This document shows, in pieces, positions 1 to 8,927 of a stretch of 64,000 bases of DNA. The translations under genes and the position numbers were made by a program. The DNA comes from Bdellovibrionales bacterium (GTDB lineage Bacteria; Pseudomonadota; Alphaproteobacteria; UBA2400). The stretch is from assembly GCA_039808765.1 (NCBI GenBank), contig JBDHTQ010000001.1, positions 67,683-131,682 on the forward strand. Direction: 5' to 3'. Within the stretch, counting starts at the first letter, position 1; each line of letters begins with the position of its first letter. The notes under the pieces are model-generated. The model was not told the origin of the DNA. It ran no database searches and worked only from the letters and a program-made list of their open reading frames with translations.

Positions 1-2
1 AA

Positions 3-413
3 AGTCTTAAGAATGTTTTACATGATTTGTTGAGTGATTTAGCTCGCTCCACATTCAAGCAAACTGTTTCTGATCCTCTGTCATCTTTAGTTGGGAGTTT
101 TGTCGGTCAATTGTTTGGTCGTGCAAGCGGGGGCAGTGTGAGTCAAAATGTTCCCTATCTTGTGGGGGAACGCGGCCCGGAGTTGTTTGTACCATCAAGT
201 GCAGGAAGGATTGGCTCTGTTCCTGGTATGCAAAGCCAGTCTTCAAATGAAAGCTGGGGCGTTAATATTCGTATCGATGCCAGAGGTGCTGATGCCGGGG
301 CCGCAGAACGATTGCGCTCTGTAGCAAGTGACATTCAAAATAAAACATTTGAAGCAGTGTTTGCAGCCATGAACAGAGGTGGACGTTATGCACGCATGAG
401 CGGAAGACGCTAG
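3..413 (+). CDS. phage tail tape measure protein, C-terminal fragment (gene continues upstream of the window)
   Basis: The frame is open from base 3, with no stop before the listed 27..413 ORF. It contains the VGERGPELFVP motif typical of tape-measure C-termini and is followed directly by tail-tip genes. Confidence 0.55.
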   Translation, partial: SLKNVLHDLLSDLARSTFKQTVSDPLSSLVGSFVGQLFGRASGGSVSQNVPYLVGERGPELFVPSSAGRIGSVPGMQSQSSNESWGVNIRIDARGADAGAAERLRSVASDIQNKTFEAVFAAMNRGGRYARMSGRR

Positions 414-424
414 GGAGGAAAGGA

Positions 425-1636
425 ATGACTGTACCAATTTTGACATTACCGAACAGTGCGTTCACACGAAGCCAATTCGGTTTAAAAAGCAATACTCAAG
501 TTTTTAAAAGTCCGCTCACAGGCACGACACAAACACTGGAGCGTCCCGGTGCAAGATGGGTTGCCGAGTATGCTTTACCACCAATGAAACGCGCTCAATT
601 TTGCGAATGGCAAAGTTTTTTAACACAACTTCGCGGTGGAGCTGGGCGATTCTATGGATATGATCCAGACGCTAAAACGGCGCGTGGATCAATTTTAATA
701 TCGTCAACCAGTAGTACCAATTACATCGCAAACGGTGATGCTGTGGGCGCACGGGTGGGTGTTGAGGGCGCCGGAGGATTGTTACCAACAGGATGGGTGT
801 GGGGACTCGCTAATGGACTCACACGAGAAATTATTTCAAGTGGAACGCAAAATGGCATACCGTTTGTCGAAATCCGTTTTTACGGTACACCAACAAATAC
901 AACTGTGGCCACTAATTTTACGGCATCAAAATCCATTCCCGCAAGCAGTGGCGAAGATTGGACAAGTTCAATTGCCTATAAAATGACTGGGGGATCTTTG
1001 AGCAATATCGTTGGCGTCTATCAACGTATTGAGCAGGTTCAGATAACAGGACCTACTGCGAATATGAACGCAAAAGAACTTTTTTCTTTGGATAATACGT
1101 GGCGATATAGCCATCATTCAAAAACATTGACGGTGACATCGCCTGCAACAGGTTTTGTTCGTAATAGCGTGTATTTATCTTTAACAATTGGTCAGCCCAT
1201 AGATATTACTTTAGCGATTGGCCGTGTTCATCTCGAACGCAACAGCACTAATACCGTTTATATTCCGACAAGTGGACAACAACGCAGCCGCAGTGCTGGC
1301 GCGCGTGTTGATGGTGGGATGCAAATTGGTGGAACGCTTAAAACATGGAATTGGCAAGCGAATGCAGCAAACGTTTTGCTCAAAGGCGATTATATTGCAC
1401 TCGACACGCCTAATGGTCGCTCTTTGCATATGGTGGTGAATAACACTTCTTCGGATAATGATGGTCGCGCAGCCATCGCTATTGAGCCGCCACTGCGCGC
1501 CTCCCCGCTTGATGATACAAAGGTTATTATAGAAAATCCAAGCTGTGTGATGGCCTTGGTTGAAGACAGTATTCAGTGGCAAACAGATGAGACAGGGATA
1601 TATCGTTTATCCTTTGCTGCTGAGGAGCGTTTTTAA
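425..1636 (+). CDS. phage tail protein (minor/distal-tail-like N-terminus with a long C-terminal extension)
   Basis: A 403-aa ORF starting 11 nt after the tape measure. The N-terminal ~100 aa (ERPGARWVAEYALPPMKRAQFCEWQSFLTQLRGGAGRFYGYDP) resembles siphovirus minor tail proteins. It overlaps the next gene as TAATG. Confidence 0.5.
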   Translation: MTVPILTLPNSAFTRSQFGLKSNTQVFKSPLTGTTQTLERPGARWVAEYALPPMKRAQFCEWQSFLTQLRGGAGRFYGYDPDAKTARGSILISSTSSTNYIANGDAVGARVGVEGAGGLLPTGWVWGLANGLTREIISSGTQNGIPFVEIRFYGTPTNTTVATNFTASKSIPASSGEDWTSSIAYKMTGGSLSNIVGVYQRIEQVQITGPTANMNAKELFSLDNTWRYSHHSKTLTVTSPATGFVRNSVYLSLTIGQPIDITLAIGRVHLERNSTNTVYIPTSGQQRSRSAGARVDGGMQIGGTLKTWNWQANAANVLLKGDYIALDTPNGRSLHMVVNNTSSDNDGRAAIAIEPPLRASPLDDTKVIIENPSCVMALVEDSIQWQTDETGIYRLSFAAEERF

Positions 1637-2190
1637 TGACACGCGCTCTTTCCACATTGACACAATCAGCCAGCCAAAATGCTGTTGTGCGCCCCATCAT
1701 TTTTGCAGCCCTGGATTTTTCATCCGGCATGGTAAGAGTAAATGATGCGCCATTTGATGTTATGATCAAAGAGAATACTTATTATGGATTAGGACAATTA
1801 GGGGGAATTTCATCTGTTCAAGAAGGTGCTGAATTACAATCTTACAGCATTGAACTGACTTTAAGTGGGATTCCGCCTGAGTTGATTTCACTTGCATTGC
1901 TTGATCACTACCAAGGTCGTGATGTGGATATTTTTCTTGCTCTGCTTGATGAAGAGCATGTCATGATCGGCGATCCCACACTTCTCTTTCGCGGACGGAT
2001 GGACACCATGACAATCAGCCTCGGTGAAAAAGCGACTATCACCGTCGTGGCACAAAGCCGAATGGCAGATTGGGATCGAGCGCGCATCAGGCGCTATACG
2101 CACGAAGATCAAATTATTGATTATCCCGATGACAGGGGATTGGAATTTATTACACAAATGGCAGAAAAAACGATTTACTGGGGCCGCTAA
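1636..2190 (+). CDS. phage tail-tip associated protein, family unassigned
   Basis: A 184-aa ORF translationally coupled to both neighbours. It sits between the tape-measure-proximal tail protein and the peptidase-like gene, as in lambda/GTA tail-tip modules. Confidence 0.4.
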   Translation: MTRALSTLTQSASQNAVVRPIIFAALDFSSGMVRVNDAPFDVMIKENTYYGLGQLGGISSVQEGAELQSYSIELTLSGIPPELISLALLDHYQGRDVDIFLALLDEEHVMIGDPTLLFRGRMDTMTISLGEKATITVVAQSRMADWDRARIRRYTHEDQIIDYPDDRGLEFITQMAEKTIYWGR

Positions 2191-2192
2191 GC

Positions 2193-2621
2193 GTGCACAC
2201 TCCCGCGCGTCAGAAGGAATGGTGTAAGCAGTTAGATAATGTTATTAACCATTGGCGCAATCAACCTTTCATTTGGGGCAAATACGATTGCATCCATTTT
2301 GCCTATGATGCCGTGTGTGCGGTGAGTGCAAAAAACTGGTCACAACTTGATTTGCCTGCTTATAAAAATGCCATGCAAGCTTACAACGTCATGAAGCGGT
2401 GGGGGTTTGATGATCTTTGCCGACTGGTTGACGCCCTGCTTGGCTGTCATCATTCTCATCATCATGCACGGCGCGGTGATCTTATCGCCGTATCACAAAA
2501 AAAATTGAGCCTTTTTTCTTTCGCGCTTGGCGTTTGTCTCGGTGATGTTTGTGCAGCTCCCGGAAAAAACGGCCTTGTTTTTTTTCCTACATCCACATCT
2601 CAATTTTGCTGGAGAATATAA
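2193..2621 (+). CDS. phage cell-wall peptidase-like protein (NlpC/P60-like; GTA g14 / lambda K position)
   Basis: 142 aa with a GTG start 3 nt after the previous stop. There is a candidate catalytic Cys in GKYDCIHF and a downstream His-rich segment. It lies directly upstream of the J-like gene. Confidence 0.4.
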   Translation: MHTPARQKEWCKQLDNVINHWRNQPFIWGKYDCIHFAYDAVCAVSAKNWSQLDLPAYKNAMQAYNVMKRWGFDDLCRLVDALLGCHHSHHHARRGDLIAVSQKKLSLFSFALGVCLGDVCAAPGKNGLVFFPTSTSQFCWRI

Positions 2622-5459
2622 ATGCCTGCTGTCGTCATTGGAGCAATTGTATCAGCTGTTGGTCTGACTGGCGTTGTCGCAACGGTTGCCACTGCGGCTT
2701 TGGGTGCGGTTGCAAGTATGGCCGTGCAATCGATGACTGCGCGACAAAAAAAACCAAGCTCAACACTTTCTAGTGGGCGTCAAATCGATCTAGTTCGCTC
2801 ATCAACTGAACCACGACGGATTGTCTATGGACAAACACGGGTTTCAGGACCGCTTGCCTTTGCCTATACAACCAATTCACCTACCGGACAAAAAAATTAT
2901 GTCTTGAGTATGGTTGTTCCGCTTGCAACACATGAAGTTGAAAATATCGGTGCATTGTACGTTAACGATGATCGATTGCTCGGAAAGTCTGGGGCAAATG
3001 ACTGGGTAATCCCTCCAATTGGCTCTGTTTATAATGCAAACAGTAAATACAATGGCGTCAATGGTGTTCACCATATTCAGTGGCGTGTTCATTTAGGTTA
3101 TTCTGATCAAGTTGTTGATAATTTTCTTAAATCCACAGTACCGGTATGGACGGTCAATCATCGCTTAAGGGGAATGGCATATGTTGCTGTTCGGTTAAAT
3201 TGGAACAGCACGGTTTGGGCGAGTGGACTTCCCAATTTAAGCTGGGAAGTAAAAGGGAAAAAAGTTTACGATCCTCGTTATGATGCTGAATTATGGAGCG
3301 ATAATCCTGCCCTTTGTTTGCGGGATTATCTTCTTTCCTCTTATGGTTTGAGATGCCGGTCTGATGAAATTAATGAAGACAGTTTTATTGCTGCCGCCAA
3401 TATTTGTGATGAATTAGTCAATACAGCTGATGGCTTAGAACAAAAAAGATACACCCTCAATGGTGTGATCTCGCTTGATGAAAAACCAATTGATATTATT
3501 GAGCGCATGCTTACCACATGCGGCGGAACACTTGTCTACACGCAAGGGCAATACCGCTTATATGTTGCTGCATATCGAACGCCCGTGATGGATATTGATG
3601 ATTCAATTTTACGCGGACCCATTGTTGTTTATCCTGTTCACTCGCTGCAAACAAAAATAAACACAGTTCGAGGCACGTTTATTGATCCGAATAAAGGCTG
3701 GCAGGCAACTGATTTTCCTCAGGTTAGCGTACATCTCGAATATGATAATGGTGACATTTATGCTCAAGATGTAGAGCTTACCATGACAACCAATACATAT
3801 GAAGCGCAACGGCTTGCGCGATTGGTATTGCAACGAGGCCGTTATCCCTTGACAGTCGAGTTGCCCTGTACATTAGCGGCGTTACCTTTATCGGTTATGA
3901 ATCCTGTACGTTTAACGCTGCCTTCAATGGGGTGGAATAAAAAGGTTTTTACACCTATTGAGTGGACACTTACTGATGATGTTGGCATTAATCTTATTTT
4001 GCAAGAAGATGATATCGCTCTTTATGATTGGGAAGGTGGGGTAACACCAACCGAAATTACACCAAAAGTTGATCTTCCCAGTATGTTCCCTGAGGCGCCA
4101 ATTTTAAAAATTGATCAGCTTATAGCAAACGGTAAAAATATTTTACAGGTAACGGTTTTAAGTTCACTTGATGCGTTTATTTCACGTTCAGAAGTTGATT
4201 ACGCTTTAGGTGACGATGAGACGCTTGTTGATGAAGATGCGTGGCGATCAGCGGGATTTGGCCAGGTTGTGACGCTCGATCAATTACAACCCTATAAAAA
4301 TTATATTGTTCGTGCCCATACATTAAATCTTTTGGGGATGACTTCTCCGTGGACTTATCGTCGTGTGCAACTTGCCAGTGGCAATCTTCTGCCTGCCGAT
4401 GTGCTAGATGTACGCGCCAGCATACTTGATCAATCGCTTTTTATTAATTGGGACGCACCGGACAATTCAGAATTGCTGTCATATCACTTGCGTTGGTCTG
4501 CGGTTACTGTTGGCGCTCTTTGGTATTCAGCCATCGATATTGCAAGTGGTATAAGTGGAACACAGCTTGTTATTCCTGCTCGGGCAGGGACATATTTTAT
4601 AAAGGCAGTTGATTCAGTTTTTGGACGTGAAAGTGAAAATGCAGCAACAGTCGTTATTTCATCCTCATCACTTCAGGCTTTTACAAATGTCGCGACATAC
4701 ACGGAATCGCCGTCATACTCGGGCACAAAAACCAACACAAGCGTAGGTTCTGGTGGTCAGCTTATTATTTCAAGCCTCGGTGCGTTTGATGTGACATCAG
4801 GAAATTTTGATTCTCCGACAGTTCTTTTTGATGCTGCGGGAGGGGGAGACGATGTGATTGAGGGACAATACCTCTTCACAGCATCCCCCGATTTGGGTGC
4901 TGTTTATTTGGTTCGCGTTGCTGTCAATGTGCAATCAAGCATAATTGACTATGTTGTAAATTTTAATGATGCTGCGGGCGATTTTGATGAACGTGACGGG
5001 CAGTTTGATGGGAGTGATTTAAGTACAGTCAACGTTTTGATTGAGGTTGCAACGACACTTGATAACCCCAGTGGTAGTCCGACTTGGAGCGCGTGGAAAC
5101 CGATCAGCCTTGGCGATCATGTGGCACGGGGACTAAAATTTCGAGCGCGTTTATTAAGTGAAAACTTAATGGCGACACCAGCCATTAGTGCTTTATCACT
5201 TACCATTTCTCTTGCAGATCGAACTGAAGCTGGTGTTGGCCTTTCGAGTATATCCACAGGATCAAGCATAACATTTACAGAAGCTTTTAAGGACACACCA
5301 GCCATTAATGTAACGGGAAATAACCTGCAAACCGGGGACTATGTCAGCATTACAAGCAAAAGCAGGACAGGGTTTACCGTTCAATTTAAAAACACAATGG
5401 GCACAGGTGTCGTGCGTAATTACGACTGGGTAGCACGTGGATATGGTCGCGCCCAATAA
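2622..5459 (+). CDS. phage host-specificity / tail-tip protein (lambda J / GTA g15-like)
   Basis: 945 aa, with an N-terminal hydrophobic segment. RIVYGQTRVSGP and NPALCLRDYL-type motifs are characteristic of the J / Phage-tail_3 family. The start abuts the previous stop. Confidence 0.7.
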   Translation: MPAVVIGAIVSAVGLTGVVATVATAALGAVASMAVQSMTARQKKPSSTLSSGRQIDLVRSSTEPRRIVYGQTRVSGPLAFAYTTNSPTGQKNYVLSMVVPLATHEVENIGALYVNDDRLLGKSGANDWVIPPIGSVYNANSKYNGVNGVHHIQWRVHLGYSDQVVDNFLKSTVPVWTVNHRLRGMAYVAVRLNWNSTVWASGLPNLSWEVKGKKVYDPRYDAELWSDNPALCLRDYLLSSYGLRCRSDEINEDSFIAAANICDELVNTADGLEQKRYTLNGVISLDEKPIDIIERMLTTCGGTLVYTQGQYRLYVAAYRTPVMDIDDSILRGPIVVYPVHSLQTKINTVRGTFIDPNKGWQATDFPQVSVHLEYDNGDIYAQDVELTMTTNTYEAQRLARLVLQRGRYPLTVELPCTLAALPLSVMNPVRLTLPSMGWNKKVFTPIEWTLTDDVGINLILQEDDIALYDWEGGVTPTEITPKVDLPSMFPEAPILKIDQLIANGKNILQVTVLSSLDAFISRSEVDYALGDDETLVDEDAWRSAGFGQVVTLDQLQPYKNYIVRAHTLNLLGMTSPWTYRRVQLASGNLLPADVLDVRASILDQSLFINWDAPDNSELLSYHLRWSAVTVGALWYSAIDIASGISGTQLVIPARAGTYFIKAVDSVFGRESENAATVVISSSSLQAFTNVATYTESPSYSGTKTNTSVGSGGQLIISSLGAFDVTSGNFDSPTVLFDAAGGGDDVIEGQYLFTASPDLGAVYLVRVAVNVQSSIIDYVVNFNDAAGDFDERDGQFDGSDLSTVNVLIEVATTLDNPSGSPTWSAWKPISLGDHVARGLKFRARLLSENLMATPAISALSLTISLADRTEAGVGLSSISTGSSITFTEAFKDTPAINVTGNNLQTGDYVSITSKSRTGFTVQFKNTMGTGVVRNYDWVARGYGRAQ

Positions 5460-5483
5460 CTTCATCAACAAGGAGAATGAATA

Positions 5484-6326
5484 ATGGCTCAACATGACAT
5501 GAATATTGCAAATCAAGGATTCCCTTCTTTTCGCAGTGATTTGAATGCAGCACTGCTTGCATTGGTGACGCAATCAAGTGGTTCAAGCGTACCCGTAACC
5601 CCTACGCAATATCAACTCTGGCTTGATACATCGACGACACCTTTAACGCTAAAATTTTTTGATGGATCGGATTGGATCGTATTATCAGTTATTGATGTCG
5701 GGGCGAATACTGCACTCCCTGTTATTGCGAATGATGGTTTGAGCGGGAATGCTCTTCATGGAGGCGTGTATTCTGATTTTTCATCACTTGGTATTGATGA
5801 TAATGCTTCTGCAACACATCTTACCTTAAGCGACAGTGAAACTGTTGTGAATGAAAGCGGTGCTGCGCATGATTTTCGTATAGAAGGGGACACGGATACA
5901 TCTCTTTTAATTACAAAAGCCAGTTCCGATCGCATCGGGGTGGGTGTGAGTAGCCCCAGTGAAAAATTACACGTCAATGGCACAGTGATGGCCAATAGTT
6001 TTGTATCTAATCGCATTACACTCGCAAACAATGCAGCAACATCTATCAACTTAAATGCTAATTGCGCTGGATGGTGTTTCATTTCTTCATTTAGTGGGCT
6101 TATCGCCAAAGGCGGATTTTATTTTAAAGTGGGATCATCTGCTGCGCTTGATGCCAGTATGGTTTTGGGTACGCCAGGTGTATTTTCAATCGGCATTTTA
6201 AGCGGTGCTACGGGGATAAGCGGTGATTTTACGATTTCAGCGCATACAGATAACAAACTTTATTTTGAGAATAGAACGGGTGCGACGCTCACATTTACAA
6301 TCACCCTGATTGCAGCACATGTCTAG
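5484..6326 (+). CDS. phage tail fibre-like protein
   Basis: An RBS (aaggag) lies upstream. The N-terminus (IANQGFPSFRSDLNAALLALVTQSSG..LWLDTS..LKFFDGSDW) resembles the conserved anchor of alphaproteobacterial prophage/GTA fibres. The C-terminal part is Gly/Ser/Thr/Ala-rich. Confidence 0.5.
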   Translation: MAQHDMNIANQGFPSFRSDLNAALLALVTQSSGSSVPVTPTQYQLWLDTSTTPLTLKFFDGSDWIVLSVIDVGANTALPVIANDGLSGNALHGGVYSDFSSLGIDDNASATHLTLSDSETVVNESGAAHDFRIEGDTDTSLLITKASSDRIGVGVSSPSEKLHVNGTVMANSFVSNRITLANNAATSINLNANCAGWCFISSFSGLIAKGGFYFKVGSSAALDASMVLGTPGVFSIGILSGATGISGDFTISAHTDNKLYFENRTGATLTFTITLIAAHV

Positions 6327-6345
6327 TTTTTGTGAGGCTCCAATC

Positions 6346-6594
6346 ATGTCAGAACAATTTTTTGCACCGCTGCAATTTATTCATGAACTCGGGCATGTCG
6401 AAGGACGGCTTGCAATTCTAGAAAAAAAGGTCGATCGTCTTGAACAACACATGGAACAGCATTTTTGTGCTCTTAGCGATAAAATTGAAAACTTTCAAAC
6501 CCTACTTGATGTGGGGAGGGGAAGTTGGAAAACGTTGTTGTTGTTAGCCACTCTCATGGCAAGTCTTATTACATTTATTCAAGATGCCATCTAA
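6346..6594 (+). CDS. small coiled-coil protein with a C-terminal transmembrane anchor (lysis-cassette accessory, function unknown)
   Basis: I chose the ATG at 6346 (MSEQFF) because it lies after the fibre stop. The C-terminal hydrophobic helix is WKTLLLLATLMASLITFI. The stop overlaps the endolysin start. Confidence 0.35.
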   Translation: MSEQFFAPLQFIHELGHVEGRLAILEKKVDRLEQHMEQHFCALSDKIENFQTLLDVGRGSWKTLLLLATLMASLITFIQDAI

Positions 6595-7063
6595 AAGGCG
6601 AATTGAATTGGAAACACGACTAAGATATGGTCATCGCAGGGTTAATCAGCGTGGCCTTGTGCTCCTCAAAAATTTTGAGGGACTTTCGCTCAAGGCCTAT
6701 CTTTGTCCCGCAGGCGTGCTGACAATTGGCTATGGCCATACTGATAATGTTTCAGTAGGGCAGGAAATTACACTCGCACAGGCGGAAGCCTTGCTCCTGC
6801 ATGATCTTGAGGTATTTGAGCGAGATGTCGCTGCCCGTGTGCAGGTACCTTTGAACGATAATCAGTTTTCTGCATTGATTTGTTTTACTTTTAATATCGG
6901 CATTATGGCCTTTTGTCGATCTTCGCTTTTGCGAAAATTGAATAAAGGATTCTATCAGGAAATTCCCGCTGAATTGCGACGTTGGCGCTATGCAGCTGGT
7001 GTTGAAATGAAAGGGCTGATCAAGCGGCGTGATGCCGAGATTGCTCTATGGCAAAGTTTATAA
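6584..7063 (+). CDS. endolysin, T4-lysozyme-like (GH24) muramidase
   Basis: LKNFEGLSLKAYLCPAGVLTIGYGHT gives an E-x8-C-x5-T catalytic spacing. FNIG and RR..E motifs lie downstream. The protein is 159 aa. Confidence 0.8.
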   Translation: MPSKRRIELETRLRYGHRRVNQRGLVLLKNFEGLSLKAYLCPAGVLTIGYGHTDNVSVGQEITLAQAEALLLHDLEVFERDVAARVQVPLNDNQFSALICFTFNIGIMAFCRSSLLRKLNKGFYQEIPAELRRWRYAAGVEMKGLIKRRDAEIALWQSL

Positions 7064-7079
7064 TTTCAGGAGAAACATC

Positions 7080-7484
7080 ATGGCACTTGCAACATTAATT
7101 CCATTGCTTACGCCCTTAATTGATCAATTGATTGCTCATATTCCTGATCCACAGGCCCGTGACAAAGCCCGTAAGCAAGCCGAACAGGATTTATTGGGGT
7201 TTATCGCTCAGCAACAAAATGCGCAATCAGAAATCAATAAAATTGAAGCTGTTCATCCTAAAATTTTTGTAAGTGGATGGCGACCTTTTATCGGTTGGGT
7301 CTGTGGTGCCTCGCTCGCTTATACCTATATTGTGGCGCCATTTTGGTCATGGGTTCTTGTTTTGTGGTACCCTGATGTCAGTCTTCCTGCTTTGCCAACA
7401 GAAAGTTTATTTGAGCTTGTGCTCGCATTGCTGGGCTTGGGAGGTTTGCGGACATATGAGAAAACAAAAGGTGTAACACGCTGA
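7080..7484 (+). CDS. holin, 3-TM GTA-type (GTA_holin_3TM-like)
   Basis: The RBS aggag sits 6-7 nt before the ATG at 7080. The hydrophilic N-terminus (PDPQARDKARKQAEQDLL) is followed by hydrophobic helices and ends ..RTYEKTKGV, as in the alphaproteobacterial 3TM holin family. Confidence 0.6.
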   Translation: MALATLIPLLTPLIDQLIAHIPDPQARDKARKQAEQDLLGFIAQQQNAQSEINKIEAVHPKIFVSGWRPFIGWVCGASLAYTYIVAPFWSWVLVLWYPDVSLPALPTESLFELVLALLGLGGLRTYEKTKGVTR

Positions 7485-7565
7485 TTTGATCACTTCTTAT
7501 TTTAAAGCCTCACCTTGCCAGTCCTGCAGATTTGATTTATCTCCTTGAGAGGAGAGGATCTATAG

Positions 7566-8471
7566 ATGCAAACAATAACTGTTTTTGGCGGGACGGGTTT
7601 TTTAGGGCGAACAGTTGTGCGTGCTCTTGCGCGAGCAAATTACTGTGTGCGTGTTGCGCGACGAGCGCCAACGGATGATGCTTTTCTTCGCTCTTTGGGG
7701 GATGTCGGGCAGGTTGTTCCTGTTTCTTTTTCCCGTCTGGATCGCGAACAGGCACAAAAGTTGGTTGCAGGCACAGACGGTGTTGTTAACCTTATCGGCA
7801 TTATTTCAGAGCGGAAGCGTGGAGATTTCTTGCGCATTCACCGTGATTGGCCAAAAATTTTGGCTGAATCATGTCGTGATCTTAAAGTAAAGCGGTTTCT
7901 GCATGTTTCAGCTTTAGGCGCACACGGAGGAAGCGCATCGCAATATTTTCGCTCTAAGGCTGCTGGTGAAAATCTGATTCACGCTGCTCTACCTTGTGCA
8001 ATTCTTATGCGTCCGTCGATTATTTTTGGTGAAAATGACCATTTTTTTACGCGGTTTGCGAATATGGCGCGTTACTTACCGTTTTTGCCCACGATTGGGG
8101 GGGGGCATACTGTTTTTCAACCCGTTTATGTTTTGGATGTTGCTGAGGCAATTGTTCGTGCTCTTGAATCTGCTGAAGCGCAAGGAAAAATTTTTGAACT
8201 GGGTGGGCCAGTTATTGCTTCATTTTATAAACTACTTAATGACGTGCTTGAAGTCTTACAGCTTAGGCGCCAGCTTATTGATCTTCCATGGGTTGTTGCC
8301 AAAATTGAGGCGCAACTGTTACAGTTTTTGCCCTCAGCACCTCTTACACCAGATCAGGTCGAAATGTTAAAAACCAATACTGTAGTTTCGCCTTCGGCAC
8401 ATGGTATCACGCAACTGGGCATAACGCCCGCGCATTATAAAGCGCTTTTGCCGTTAATTCTAAAACGGTAG
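7566..8471 (+). CDS. NAD(P)-binding Rossmann protein, complex I NDUFA9-like / NAD-dependent epimerase family
   Basis: The N-terminus carries the ITVFGGTGFLGR nucleotide-binding motif. The 301-aa length and sequence fit the NDUFA9-like family common in alphaproteobacteria. Confidence 0.7.
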   Translation: MQTITVFGGTGFLGRTVVRALARANYCVRVARRAPTDDAFLRSLGDVGQVVPVSFSRLDREQAQKLVAGTDGVVNLIGIISERKRGDFLRIHRDWPKILAESCRDLKVKRFLHVSALGAHGGSASQYFRSKAAGENLIHAALPCAILMRPSIIFGENDHFFTRFANMARYLPFLPTIGGGHTVFQPVYVLDVAEAIVRALESAEAQGKIFELGGPVIASFYKLLNDVLEVLQLRRQLIDLPWVVAKIEAQLLQFLPSAPLTPDQVEMLKTNTVVSPSAHGITQLGITPAHYKALLPLILKR

Positions 8472-8476
8472 CATTA

Positions 8477-8695
8477 ATGAACGCTTTTTTCCCTTTACTT
8501 CTAAGTATTGTTGGAACAATTGGTGGGTTTGTTCTTGGCCAGTTGTCGCTGCTGTATATCTTAAAAGGAGAAAACCTCCCCAAAATCCTTGAACAGCGAA
8601 AGATTAGGTTCCTATTAGGCGCCTTGGTTTGGCTGATTGCTATTGTGGGGGCTCTTTTGGGGTGGCAAGCTGGTCAAAGCATTGCCTCAACTTGA
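8477..8695 (+). CDS. small membrane protein (two predicted TM helices)
   Basis: A 72-aa ORF 5 nt after the previous stop, with two long hydrophobic stretches. Confidence 0.4.
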   Translation: MNAFFPLLLSIVGTIGGFVLGQLSLLYILKGENLPKILEQRKIRFLLGALVWLIAIVGALLGWQAGQSIAST

Positions 8696-8723
8696 GGGAG
8701 GGGGCGTGATTTATTGAAAATAC

Positions 8724-8800
8724 TGGGGCGACCAATGGGACTCGAACCCACGACATTCTGGACCACAACCAGACGCTCTACCAACTGAGCTATGGCCGCC
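8724..8800 (-). tRNA. tRNA-His (anticodon GTG) with encoded G-1, C73 and CCA
   Basis: The reverse complement GGCGGCCATAGCTCAGTTGGTAGAGCGTCTGGTTGTGGTCCAGAATGTCGTGGGTTCGAGTCCCATTGGTCGCCCCA folds as a cloverleaf. The anticodon loop is TTGTGGT. The extra 5' G pairs with C73. Confidence 0.9.
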
Positions 8801-8927
8801 ACAAACAGAGTGACCTGTTCATGACAGATTTTGCCCCACTTCGTCAAGAGGGTTGACGCAAAAAAATGAAATTTAGAGTCTTGGTTAGTACTATTAAATT
8901 ATTGAATATCGGTTGTGCGGACATTTT

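Noticed and set aside
1-7484. Calling the element a canonical RcGTA-type gene transfer agent
   Set aside because: The proteins after the tape measure do not show the DUF2460/DUF2163 sequences I remember, and a fibre plus endolysin/holin are encoded in cis. Only the tail end is visible, so the prophage-versus-GTA question is left open.
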